Assembly (NCBI GenBank): GCA_963739205.1
Contig: CAVTZJ010000004.1
Location: 398,614-462,613, forward strand
Reading direction: 5' to 3'
Origin: an uncultured Pseudomonadota bacterium
Lineage (GTDB): Bacteria > Pseudomonadota > Gammaproteobacteria > Burkholderiales > SG8-39
Length of the DNA: 64,000 nucleotides
Part shown: piece by piece, positions 1-9,986 of the stretch
Position numbering within the stretch: position 1 is the first letter of the stretch
Layout: each line of letters starts with the position of its first letter
Translations under genes and position numbers: made by a program
The notes under the pieces: generated by a model
What the model was told of the DNA's origin: nothing
The model's database searches: none
The model's input: only the letters and a program-made list of their open reading frames with translations

Positions 1-2511
1 CGTGGATGCTCGAGGGCACGCCGATGCGTGCCATCGTGTCGGTGATCGCGTGCGCCGCCTGCGACAGCGACACGCCGGGCGCAAGGTTGAACGAGATCGT
101 GGCTGCCGCGAACTGGCCCTGGTGGTTGACCTGCAGCGAGGTGTTGGTCGGCGCCCAGCGCGCGATCGCCGAGAGCGGAACGCGTCCGCCCGCGGCAGGA
201 ATCAGGTACACGCCGTTCAACGCCTCCGGGCTCTGCCAGTACGCCGGCGCAACCTCCATGACGACGTGGTACTGGTTGAGCGGCGCGTAGATGGTGGAAA
301 CCTGCGCCTGGCCGAAGGCCAGATTGAGCGCCGTGTCGATGTCCTTGGGCGTGAGGCCCAGGCGCGCGGCCGCGTCGCGGTCGATGATGAGCGTTGTCTG
401 CAGCCCGTGCACTTCCTGGTCGCTGTTGACGTCGATCACCTGCGGCACGTCGGCAAGTGCGCTTTGCAGGCGCGGCGTCCAGCTGCGCAGCGCCGCCAGG
501 TCGTCTGCCTGGAGCGTGAACTGGTAGGCGGCGTTGCTCTGGCGCCCGCCGACGCGGATGTCCTGCACCGGCACGAGGAACAGCCGCGCGCCCGGCTCGT
601 GCGCGAGCTTTCCGCGCAGGCGCCCGATGACCTGGTCGGCCGAGAGCTTGCGCGGCCCGAGGGGCTTGAGCGAGATGAAGACGAAGCCGGAGTTGGTGCG
701 GCTGCCGCCCGTGAAGCCGACCACGTTCTCCACCGCCGGATCGCTGCGGATGATGGCCATGAAGTCCGAGAGCTTCTTCTCCATCGCCTGGAACGAGATG
801 CCTGGTCCGCCTGGATCGAGCCGATCACGCGTCCGGTGTCCTGCTGCGGAAAGAAGCCCTTCGGCACGATCACGTACAGGTAGAAGTTGAGCCCCACGGT
901 GACGGCGAGCACCAGCATGACCAGGCGCGGGTGGCGCAGCGCCCATGCCAGGCTCGTACGGTAGCGCGCGAGCAGCCCGTCGAAAGCGCGCTCCGTGCCG
1001 TGGTACAGGCGCCCGTGCCCGCGCTGCGCGTCGCCCTTCAGCAGGCGCGCGCACATCATCGGCGTGGTGGTGAGCGACACGACGAGCGAAACCCCGATCG
1101 CCACCGACAGGGTCACTGCGAACTCGCGGAACAGCCGCCCCACGATGCCACCCATGAGCAGGATCGGGATGAACACCGCCATCAGCGACAGGCTCATCGA
1201 CAGCACTGTGAAGCCGACCTCGCGCGCGCCCCGCAATGCCGCCTCGAAGGGTGCGACGCCCTGCTCGATGTGCCGCGACGCGTTTTCCAGCACCACGATC
1301 GCGTCGTCGACGACGAAGCCGGTCGGCGATGGTGAGCGCCATCAGCGAAAGATTGTCGAGGCTGTAGCCGCACAGGTACATCACGCCGAATGTGCCGACC
1401 AGCGACACCGGCACCGCGACGCCGGAATGAGCGTCGCGCGCGCATTGCGCAGGAACACGAAGACCACCAGGATCACCAGCGCCATGGCGATGAGCAGCGT
1501 GCGCTCGACCTCGCGCAGCGAGGCGCGGATCGTCGAGGTGCGCTCCATCACCACGTTGAGGTGGATCGCCGCCGGGATGGCCGCCTCGAGCTGCGGCAGC
1601 ACCGCGCGCACCCGGTCGACGGTCTCGATGATGTTGGCCCCGGGCTGCGTTGAACAGGATTACCAGCACCGCCGGCTTGCCGTTGGCGAGCCCCGCGTTG
1701 CGCACGTCCTGCACCGAGTCGACCACATCAGCCACGTCCGACAGCCGCACCGGCGCGCCGTTCTGCTAGGCGACTACCAGCGGGCGGTACTCGGCTCGCC
1801 TGCGTGGCCTGGTCGTTGGCGTAGATCTGCCAGTGCCGCTCGCCCTCCTCGACGGCGCCTTTCGGACGGTTGGCGTTCGCCGCGGTGAGCGCATTGCGCA
1901 CCTGCACCAGGCTGATGCCGTACTGGTTGAGCGCCTTGGGATTCAGCTCGACGCGCACCGCAGGCAGCGAGCTGCCGCCCACGGTGACCTGGCCGATGCC
2001 GTCCACCTGCGACAGCTTCTGCGCAAGTGATGGTCGAGGCGGCGTCGTACATCCTGCCGCGATCGAGCGTGTCGGAAGTGAGCGACAGGATCATGATCGG
2101 CGCGTCGGCCGGATTGACCTTGCGGTAGGTCGGATTGCTCGGCAGTCCGGTCGGCAGCAGGCTGCGCGCCGCGTTGATCGCGGCCTGCACATCGCGCGCC
2201 GCGCCGTCGATGTCGCGGTCGAGGTCGAACTGCAGCGTCACGCGCGTCGAGCCGAGCGAGCTCGTCGAGGTGATCTCGGTGACGCCGGCGATGCGCCCCA
2301 GCGCGCGCTCAAGCGGCGTCGCGACCGTGGCGGCCATCGTCTCGGGGCTCGCCCCCGGCAGGTTCGCCTGCACGGAGATGGTCGGGAAGTCGACCTGCGG
2401 CAGCGGCGCGACCGGCAGCAGATGGAACGCCACCGCGCCCGCGAGGAAGATCCCCGCGGTAAGCAGCGTGGTGGCCACCGGCCGGCGGATGAACAGCTCA
2501 CTGACGTTCAT
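1..2511 (-). pseudogene. mdtC: RND efflux permease, MdtC-like; the 3' end runs off the window; disrupted
   Basis: The N-terminus [17 protein letters not shown] starts at 2511, in an ATGA overlap with the upstream pump's stop. Conserved AcrB/MdtC sequence can only be followed by changing frame at about 2028, 1793, 1648, 1422, 1324 and 801. There is an in-frame TAG at 1766-1768 (VVA*QNGAPVRL). Confidence 0.8.
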
Positions 2512-5500
2512 GCCGCGCCCTGCCCGGCGGTCGCCGCATCGACGCGCCGCGCCAGGCGGTCGAACGCGAGGTAGATCACCGGCGTGGTGAACAGCGTGAG
2601 CACCTGGCTCAAGATCAGGCCGCCGACCATCGTGATGCCGAGCGGATTGCGCAGCTCCGAGCCAACGCCCCGTGCCGAGCATCAGCGGCAGCGCGCCGAA
2701 CAGCGCCGACAGCGTGGTCATCAGGATCGGACGGAAGCGCAGCATGCAGGCCTGGGAGATGGCCTCGCGCGGGCTCTTGCCCTCGTCGCCGCTCGGCGTC
2801 CAGCGCGAAGTCGATCATCATGATCGCGTTCTTCTTGACGATGCCGATCAGCAGGATGATGCCGATGATGGCGATCACGCCGAGGTCGCTGCGCGCCAGC
2901 ATCAGCGCGAGCAGCGCGCCGACGCCCGCCGAGGGCAGCGTCGACAGGATCGTAATCGGGTGGATGTAGCTTTCGTAGAGCACGCCGAGCACGATGTACA
3001 TCGTGACGATCGCCGCCAGGATCAGCAGCAGCTCGTTGCTGAGCGACGCCCGGAAGGCGAGCGCCGCGCCCTGGAAGGCGGTGTTCACCGAGACCGGCAG
3101 GCCGAGGTCGCGCTCGGCGCCCTCGATCGCCTTGACCGCGTCGCCGAGCGAATAGCCCTGGGCGACAGTTGAACGATATGGTCGCTGCCGGGAACTGGCC
3201 CAGATGGTTGATCGCCAGGGAGGCGGGCTTCTCCACGGTATGCGTAACAGCCGCCAGCGGCACCTGGCCGCCCCCGGTCGAGGGCACGTACAGGCCGGCG
3301 AGCGCCTGCGGGCCGACGCGGAAGTCCGGCTGCACCTCGAGCACCACGCGGTACTGGTTCGACTGCGTGAAGATGGTCGACACCAGCCGCTGGCCGAACG
3401 CGTCGTAGAGCGCGTTGTCGAGCGCCGCCGGCGTGATGCCCAGGCGTCCCGCGGTGTCGCGGTCGATCGCGAGGAAGGCCTGCAGTCCCTGGTCCTGCAG
3501 GTCCGTGGCCACGTTCGCGAGCTGCGGCAGCTGTGCCAGCCGATCGACCAGCTTGCCGGTCCAGAGCGACAGCTCCGCCGGGTCGGGCGTCTCAAGCGTG
3601 AACTGGTACTGGGTGCGGCTGACGCGGTCCTCGATGGTCAGGTCCTGCACCGGCTGCATGTACAGGCGGATGCCCGGCACCGCCGCGAGCGCCGCTGCAG
3701 GCGCCGGATCACCGCGCTCGCGCTCGCGCCGCGTTCGGCGAGCGGCTTCAGGTTGATCAGCACGCGGCCGCTGTTCAGGGTGGCATTGGTGCCGTCCACG
3801 CCGATGAACGACGACAGGCTCTCGACCGCCGGGTCCTCGAGTATCGACCCGGTCGAGCGCCTGCTGGCGCTCGGCCATGGCGTCGAACGAGATCGACTGC
3901 GGCGCTTCCGAAATGCCCTGGATGACTCCGGTGTCCTGCACCGGGAAGAAGCCCTTCGGCACCACAGACGTACAGCAGCGCCGTGAGCACGAGCGTGCCG
4001 AGCGCGACGAGCAAAGTCGCCCCCTGGCGATCGAGCACCCAGTCGAGCATGCGTCCGTAGGCGGCGATCGTCCTGTCGAACAGCCGGCCGCTCGCGCGGT
4101 AGAAGCGCGCCCTGCTCGGCCTCCGGCACGTGGCGCAGCAGGCGCGCGCACATCATCGGCGTGAGGGTGAGCGAAACTACCGCCGAGATCAGGATCGCGA
4201 CGGCGAGCGTGATCGCGAACTCGCGGAACAGGCGCCCGACCACGTCGCCCATGAACAGCAGCGGGATCAGCACCGCGATCAGCGAGAAGGTGAGCGAGAT
4301 GATGGTGAATCCGATCTGCTCGGAGCCCTTGCAGCGCGGCCTCGCAGCGGCGGCATCGCCCTGCTCGATGTAGCGCGCGATGTTCTCGATCATCACGATC
4401 GCGTCGTCGACCACGAAGCCGGTGGCGATGGTGAGCGCCATCAAGCGTGAGGTTGTTGATGCTGAAGCCAGCCAGGTACATCACGCCGAAGGTGCCGACC
4501 AGCGACAGCGGCACCGCGACGCTCGGAATCACGGTCGCCGCAGCGCTGCGCAGGAACAGGAAGATCACCATCACTACGAGGGCCACCGCGAGCAGCAGCT
4601 CGAATTGCACGTCGCGCACCGAGGCGCGGATCGTCGTGGTGCGGTCGGTGAGCAGCGCGACGTCGATCGACGCCGGCAGCGCGGCGCGCAGCTGCGGCAG
4701 CAGCTGCTTGATGCGGTCGACGACCTCGATCACGTTGGCGCCAGGCTGGCGCTGGATATTGACGATCACCGCCGGGGCGTCGTTCATCCAGGCGGCCAGG
4801 CGTGCGTTCTCGGCGCCTTCGACTCACCGTGCCCAGATCCGAGAGGCGCACGGGCGCGCCGTTGCGGTACGCGATGACCACGTTCGCGTACTGCGCCGCC
4901 GACTGGATCTGGTCGTTGGCATCGATCGTGTAGGCGCGTGTCCGGACCGTCGAAGCTGCCCTTGGCCTGGTTGACGTTGCGTTGGCGACCGCGACGCGCA
5001 CGTCCTCCAGCCCCAGCCCGTTGGCGGCGAGCGCCTTGGGATTGAGCGCGACGCGCACCGCAGGCCGCTGCCCGCCGGAAATCGTCACCAGCCCGACCCC
5101 CGTGAGCTGCGAGATCTTCTGCGCCAAGCGCGTGTCGGCGAGATCTTCGATTTTCGGCAGCGGCAGCGTCGCCGAGGTCAGGCCGAGCGTCAGGATCGGC
5201 GCGTCGGCGGGGTTCACCTTGCTGTACACCGGCGGCGCTGGCAGATCGGTCGGCAGGAAGTTCGACCCCGCGTTGATCGCCGCCTGCACCTCCTGTTCGG
5301 CCACGTCCAGGCCCAAGTCGAGGCTGAACTGCAGCGTGATCACCGAGGCGCCGCCCGAGCTGGTCGAGGACATCTGCTTGAGACCCGGCATCTGGCCGAA
5401 CTGGCGCTCGAGCGGCGCGGTCACCGACGAAGTCATCACGTCCGGGCTGGCGCCCGGATAGAAGGTGACCACCTGAATCGTCGGGTAGTCGACTTCTGGC

Positions 5501-5610
5501 AGCGCGGAGAGCGGCAGCAGGCGGTAGGCGAGCGCGCCCGAGAGCAGGATGGCGACCATCAGCAGCGAGGTCGCCACCGGCCGGAGGATGAACGGCCGGG
5601 ACGGGTTCAT
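2508..5610 (-). pseudogene. mdtB: RND efflux permease, MdtB-like; disrupted by many single-base frame changes
   Basis: The N-terminus [17 protein letters not shown] is at 5610. Conserved blocks ([55 protein letters not shown]) lie in different frames. The span is 3103 nt, which is not a multiple of 3. Frame changes are at about 4824, 4444, 4108, 3966, 3844, 3695, 3167, 2791 and 2668. Confidence 0.8.
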
Positions 5611-5619
5611 TTCACTGGC

Positions 5620-6930
5620 TCACGAGCCGCCGGACTGTTCGTGGTGCCCCCTACGGCGCTTAGAGGGGGGCGGCTTCGCGACCGCCGCCTGCGCCGCTTC
5701 GCGCGTGGTCGGCGCGACCTTGGCGCCCTCGCGCAGTCGGTCGGTGCCGTCGATCACCACCCGGTCGCCGGCCGCGGCGCCGGCGCTCACTGCGGTCAGC
5801 TCGCCTTCGCTCGGGCCAAGTTTGACGCCGCGCAGCGTCACGGTGTCGTCGGGCTTGACCAGGAACACGTACAGGCCCTGCGTGCCGCGCTGCACGGCGC
5901 TCGAGGGCACGGTGACGACGCCGCGCAGCGTGTCGATCAGCATGCGCACGTTGACGAACTGCTGGGGGAATAGTCGCCCGTCCTCGTTCGGGAATTCCGC
6001 CTTGAGCTTGACGGTCCCGGTCGCGGGATCGATCTGGTTGTCCACCGCGAGCAGCCGCCCCGAGGCGAGCCGCGTGGTGTCCTCGCGTCCAAAGGCCTCG
6101 ACCGGAATGCGCCCGCCTTCGTGCAAGCGCGCGAGCACGCCGGGCAGGCTGTCCTGGGGAATCGCGAACACGACGGTGATCGGCTGCAACCGCGTGATCA
6201 CCACCAGCCCGTTGGCATCGCTCGCATGCACCACGTTGCCGGGGTCGACGAGCCGCAGACCGAGGCGCCCGGAAATCGGTGCCGTGATGCGCGCGTAGGT
6301 GAGCTGCAACTTCGCATTGTCGATCTGCGCCCGGTCGAGCTTGAGCGTGCCCTCGTACTGCTTGACCAGCGCTTCCTGCGTGGCGACTTGCTGCTCGGCG
6401 ATCGAGTCCTGCTTGAGCAGCGTACGGTAGCGGTCGAGGTCGGTGCGCGCGTTGGCGAGCAGCGCCTCGTCGTGCGCCAGCTGCCCCTCCGCCTGCTCGA
6501 GCTGTACGCGAAACGGGCGCGGGTCGATCTCGGCGAGCAGCTCACCCGCCTTGACCATCTGCCCTTCCTTGAAATGCACCGCCATGAGCTGTCCGTCTAC
6601 GCGGCTGCGCACCGTCACGGTCTCGAGCGGCGTCACGGTGCCCAGGCCCGCGAGATACACGTTCACGTCGCCGGTCTTGGCCGTGGCGACGATCACCGGC
6701 GTCGGCCCGGCATCGCCGCCCGCCGACCGGCGGCCGGACTGTTGCGCACCGGTCAGGTGCTCGAGCGCAAGGGCGACGCCGAGCGCGGCCAGCGCCAGCG
6801 CCAGCGTGCGCCACCAACGCCGGCGCGGTGCGACTTTTCGCTCGACTGCGGGGTTCATGTGGGCGAGTCGCATTGTGCGCCAAGCTGGCGCGCCGCGGAG
6901 CAAGGGCGCCAAAACTTTACCCGCAGACAC
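5620..6930 (-). CDS. mdtA: RND membrane fusion protein, MdtA-like (periplasmic adaptor)
   Basis: Intact 436-codon ORF with strong MdtA-like blocks (EIDPRPFRVQLEQAEGQLA, YARITAPISGRLGLR, FPQQFVNVRML). The real start may be an internal Met at 6873 or 6858. Confidence 0.9.
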   Translation of the reverse strand: MSAGKVLAPLLRGAPAWRTMRLAHMNPAVERKVAPRRRWWRTLALALAALGVALALEHLTGAQQSGRRSAGGDAGPTPVIVATAKTGDVNVYLAGLGTVTPLETVTVRSRVDGQLMAVHFKEGQMVKAGELLAEIDPRPFRVQLEQAEGQLAHDEALLANARTDLDRYRTLLKQDSIAEQQVATQEALVKQYEGTLKLDRAQIDNAKLQLTYARITAPISGRLGLRLVDPGNVVHASDANGLVVITRLQPITVVFAIPQDSLPGVLARLHEGGRIPVEAFGREDTTRLASGRLLAVDNQIDPATGTVKLKAEFPNEDGRLFPQQFVNVRMLIDTLRGVVTVPSSAVQRGTQGLYVFLVKPDDTVTLRGVKLGPSEGELTAVSAGAAAGDRVVIDGTDRLREGAKVAPTTREAAQAAVAKPPPSKRRRGHHEQSGGS

Positions 6931-6970
6931 ACAGCTTTACGGCGCCGAAACAATCGGCGCGCGCATTGCG

Positions 6971-7291
6971 CTAGATCGCCTCGCGCGGCGCCCGTGGCAG
7001 CTGCGCCGTGCGCCGCAGCGGGCCGTCGACCGCCGAGGCGAGCGCGCCCAGGGCGTCGAGCAGCGCGTCGCGGTTCAGCCGGTACAGCACGCGCTGGCCC
7101 TGGCGCTCGGCCGAGACGAGGCCCGCGCGCTGCAGCACCGCGAGATGGCGCGACACCGCCGGCGCGCTGATGCCGAAGCGCTGCGCGAGCTCGCTCGTGG
7201 ACAGCGCCGTCTGCGCAAGGAAGGCGATCGCCTGGCGCCGCGGCGCCGAGGCGAGCGCGGCGAACACCCGCTCGTGAGGATTAACATTCAT
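6971..7291 (-). CDS. ArsR/SmtB-family transcriptional regulator (no Cys metal-site residues)
   Basis: 106 aa with the winged-HTH signature LSTSELAQRFGISAPAVSRHLAVLQRAGLV...RVLYRL. It sits directly upstream of mdtA on the same strand. Confidence 0.85.
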   Translation of the reverse strand: MNVNPHERVFAALASAPRRQAIAFLAQTALSTSELAQRFGISAPAVSRHLAVLQRAGLVSAERQGQRVLYRLNRDALLDALGALASAVDGPLRRTAQLPRAPREAI

Positions 7292-7297
7292 GTTAAT
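7280..7297. promoter_or_regulatory. Perfect 8-2-8 inverted repeat ATTAACAT-TC-ATGTTAAT centred on the ArsR start codon; candidate autoregulatory operator
   Basis: The palindrome was read directly. ArsR/SmtB operators are typically AT-rich inverted repeats near their own promoter or start. This one is an AT island in a ~70% GC background. Confidence 0.45.
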
Positions 7298-7359
7298 AGT
7301 ATGGCGGATTTTTCCCGGCTGTGGTTAGATTGCCGGCACGTTCAAGGAGAACCCTGCTC

Positions 7360-8334
7360 ATGGCGAAGGCACAAACGCCGCTCTCGATGGCGGACCGCGA
7401 CGGCTGGATCTGGTACGACGGCAAGCTGGTGCCGTGGCGATCGGCCACCACCCACGTGCTTACCCACTCGCTGCACTACGGGCTCGCCGTCTTCGAGGGG
7501 CTGCGCGCCTACAAGACCACCGAGGGCACGGCGATCTTCCGCCTGCGCGAGCACACGCAGCGGCTGCTCAACTCGGCGCACATCTACATGATGAAGATCC
7601 CCTACTCGATCGAGAAGCTGATGGCGGCCCAGATCGAGGTGGTGCGCGCGAATGCGCACGAGTCCTGCTACGTGCGCCCGATCGCGTTCTACGGCTCGGA
7701 GAAGATGGGCGTCTCGCCCGTCGGCGCCTCGGTGCACGTGGCGATCGCCGCCTGGCCGTGGGGCGCCTACCTCGGGCCGGACGCGCTCGCCAAGGGCATC
7801 CGCGTCAAGACGTCCTCGTACGCGCGCCATCACATCAACGTCACCATGGCGCGCGCCAAGATGTCGGGCACCTACCCCAACTCGGTGCTCGCCACGCTGG
7901 AAGCCACGCAGCACGGCTACGACGAGGGGCTGCTGCTCGACGTCGAGGGCTACGTCGCCGAAGGCGCGGGCGAGAACGTGTTCATCGTCAAGGACGGCGT
8001 GATCTGCGAACCCGAGCTGACCTCGGCGCTCACCGGCATCACGCGCAGCACGGTGATCGAGCTGGCGCAGGGGCTGGGCTACAAGGTGCTCGCCAAGCGC
8101 CTGACGCGCGACGACATCTACATCGCGGACGAGTGCTTCTTCACCGGCACCGCCGCCGAAGTCACGCCGATCCGCGAGCTCGACGGCAGAATGATCGGCG
8201 CAGGCAAGGCCGGCCCGGTCACCAAGCGGCTGCAGAATGCGTTCTTCGACGTGGTCACCGGCAAGGACAAGAGGCACAAGCACTGGATGACGCCGGTGCC
8301 GATGCAGGCCGGAAAGAAGAGGACCGTACGATGA
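7360..8334 (+). CDS. ilvE: Branched-chain amino acid aminotransferase
   Basis: MAKAQTPLSMADRDGWIWYDGKLVPW..., with class IV aminotransferase blocks (EGLRAY, YVRPI, EGAGENVF). The RBS AAGGAGA is at 7344-7350. Confidence 0.9.
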   Translation: MAKAQTPLSMADRDGWIWYDGKLVPWRSATTHVLTHSLHYGLAVFEGLRAYKTTEGTAIFRLREHTQRLLNSAHIYMMKIPYSIEKLMAAQIEVVRANAHESCYVRPIAFYGSEKMGVSPVGASVHVAIAAWPWGAYLGPDALAKGIRVKTSSYARHHINVTMARAKMSGTYPNSVLATLEATQHGYDEGLLLDVEGYVAEGAGENVFIVKDGVICEPELTSALTGITRSTVIELAQGLGYKVLAKRLTRDDIYIADECFFTGTAAEVTPIRELDGRMIGAGKAGPVTKRLQNAFFDVVTGKDKRHKHWMTPVPMQAGKKRTVR

Positions 8335-8531
8335 GCACCCAGGCGACCGACCGCGCGCGCGTGGTCGAGGTGACCGAGAAGGACCTGCCGCTGCACTGCC
8401 CGCTGGCGACCGCTCCGCTGTGGGCGCGGCACCCGCGCGTGTTCCTCGACGTCGCCGAAGCCGGCGAAATGCTGTGCCCCTATTGCGGCACCCGGTATGT
8501 CTACAAGGGCGCCGCGCCAAGGGGCCACTGA
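8331..8531 (+). CDS. Small zinc-ribbon protein (CPxxxxP...CPYCG)
   Basis: 66 aa in an ATGA overlap with the ilvE stop. It carries a LHCP...CPYCGTRY Cys-pair motif. This small gene recurs between ilvE and waaF in beta-proteobacteria (from memory). Confidence 0.6.
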   Translation: MSTQATDRARVVEVTEKDLPLHCPLATAPLWARHPRVFLDVAEAGEMLCPYCGTRYVYKGAAPRGH

Positions 8532-9537
8532 GTCCGCGCGCGTCCTCGTCGTCGCCCCGAACTGGATCGGCGACGCGCTGATGGCCCAGCCGCTATTCAT
8601 GCGGCTGCGCGAAAAGCGCCCGGACCTGCGCCTCGACGCGCTGGCTGCCCCCTGGGTCGCGCCGGTGCTGCGGCGCATGCCGCAGATCGACGAGGTGATC
8701 ATCGCATCCCTCGAGCACGGCGCGCTCGACCTGCGCGAGCGCTGGCGCCTGGGCCGCATGCTGCGCGCGCGCGGCTACGAGCAGGCGATCGTGCTGCCCA
8801 ATTCCTGGAAGTCGGCGCTGGTGCCGTATCTCGCCGACGTGCCGCTGCGCAGCGGCTACGTGGGCGAGCAGCGCTACGGGCTGCTCAACCTGCTGCACCA
8901 CAAGGCGAAGGACGCGCCGCGCGAGGCGATGACGCTTCACTATGCGCGCCTCGCCGAGCCGCCCGGCAAGGCGCCGGCCGAGCCGCTGCCCCGGCCGCGA
9001 CTGGCGGTCGACGCGGGCGCGGCGCGCGCCACCGCGGCGCGCTTCGGCCTCGCCGGCCGCTACGCGGTGTTCTGCCCGGGCGCCGAATACGGGCCGGCGA
9101 AGCGCTGGCCGGCGGAGCGCTTCGGCGCGCTCGCGCAAGGCCTGGGCATGCCGGTCACGCTGCTCGGCTCGCCCGCCGAGCGCGAGCTGTGCGCGCGCGT
9201 CGGCGGCGCTGCGCGCAATCTCGCTGGCGAGACGACGCTCGACGAGGCGATCGAGCTCATCGCCGCCGCCGATCTGGTGGTGAGCAACGACTCCGGGCTG
9301 ATGCACGTCGCGGCAGCGCTCGAGCGGCCGCAGGTGGCTCTCTTCGGCTCGTCCAGCCCAGAGCACACGCCGCCGCTGTCGCCGCGCGCGCGCGTCGTGT
9401 GGCTGCGGCTCGACTGCAGCCCCTGCTTCGCGCGCGAGTGCCCGCTCGGACATTTCCGCTGCATGCTCGACATCACGCCCGAGCGCGTGCGCGCCGAGAT
9501 CGAGGTGCTCGCCACCGAGGCCGCCGTCGCGCCATGA
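8497..9537 (+). CDS. waaF: ADP-heptose:LPS heptosyltransferase II
   Basis: VLVVAPNWIGDALMAQPLF..., NDSGLMHVAAAL, and CSPCFARECPLGHFRCM are family-9 glycosyltransferase hallmarks. The start is uncertain; the ATG at 8497 overlaps the upstream gene by 35 nt. Confidence 0.85.
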   Translation: MSTRAPRQGATESARVLVVAPNWIGDALMAQPLFMRLREKRPDLRLDALAAPWVAPVLRRMPQIDEVIIASLEHGALDLRERWRLGRMLRARGYEQAIVLPNSWKSALVPYLADVPLRSGYVGEQRYGLLNLLHHKAKDAPREAMTLHYARLAEPPGKAPAEPLPRPRLAVDAGAARATAARFGLAGRYAVFCPGAEYGPAKRWPAERFGALAQGLGMPVTLLGSPAERELCARVGGAARNLAGETTLDEAIELIAAADLVVSNDSGLMHVAAALERPQVALFGSSSPEHTPPLSPRARVVWLRLDCSPCFARECPLGHFRCMLDITPERVRAEIEVLATEAAVAP

Positions 9538-9986
9538 CGCGCATCTTTCCCAGCGCGCAGGACGCGGAGAGCGCCTTCTACGAGGCGCTCGAGCACGCCG
9601 ACCTCGAGGCGATGATGGCCGTGTGGGCCGAGGACGAGGACATCATCTGCGTGCACCCGGGCGGGCCGCGCCTGGCGGGCCTCGAGCAAGTGCGCGAAGG
9701 CTGGCGGCGCATCTTCGCAGGTGGCCCCGGCCCGCGCGCGGAACCATCGCTGCTGCTCGTGATTCCCGGAGTGATGACCGCGGTGCACAGCGTGCAGGAG
9801 AACTTCCTGCTCGCGGACCCGCAGGGCAAGCCCGCGCCGGTCGCAGTGATCGCCACCAACGTGTACGCGCGCACGCCCGCCGGCTGGCGCATGATCGTGC
9901 ACCATGCCTCGCACCTGCCCGCCCAGCAGCCCGCGCAGGAAGCGGTCGCGGACCCGCGCCCGTCCGCCAAGAAGACGCTGCATTGA
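9534..9986 (+). CDS. SnoaL/NTF2-like (DUF4440-type) protein
   Basis: 150 aa in an ATGA overlap with waaF. The pattern AFYEALEHADLEAMMAVWAEDEDIICVHPGG...GWRMIVHHAS is typical of NTF2-fold proteins. Confidence 0.6.
   Translation: MTRIFPSAQDAESAFYEALEHADLEAMMAVWAEDEDIICVHPGGPRLAGLEQVREGWRRIFAGGPGPRAEPSLLLVIPGVMTAVHSVQENFLLADPQGKPAPVAVIATNVYARTPAGWRMIVHHASHLPAQQPAQEAVADPRPSAKKTLH

Noticed and set aside
1-5610. Whether the frame changes in mdtB/mdtC could be programmed ribosomal frameshifts.
   Set aside because: There are about 15 events in both directions, with no slippery heptamers or downstream structures at the sites, plus a nonsense codon. This is incompatible with recoding, so it is either decay or sequence error.
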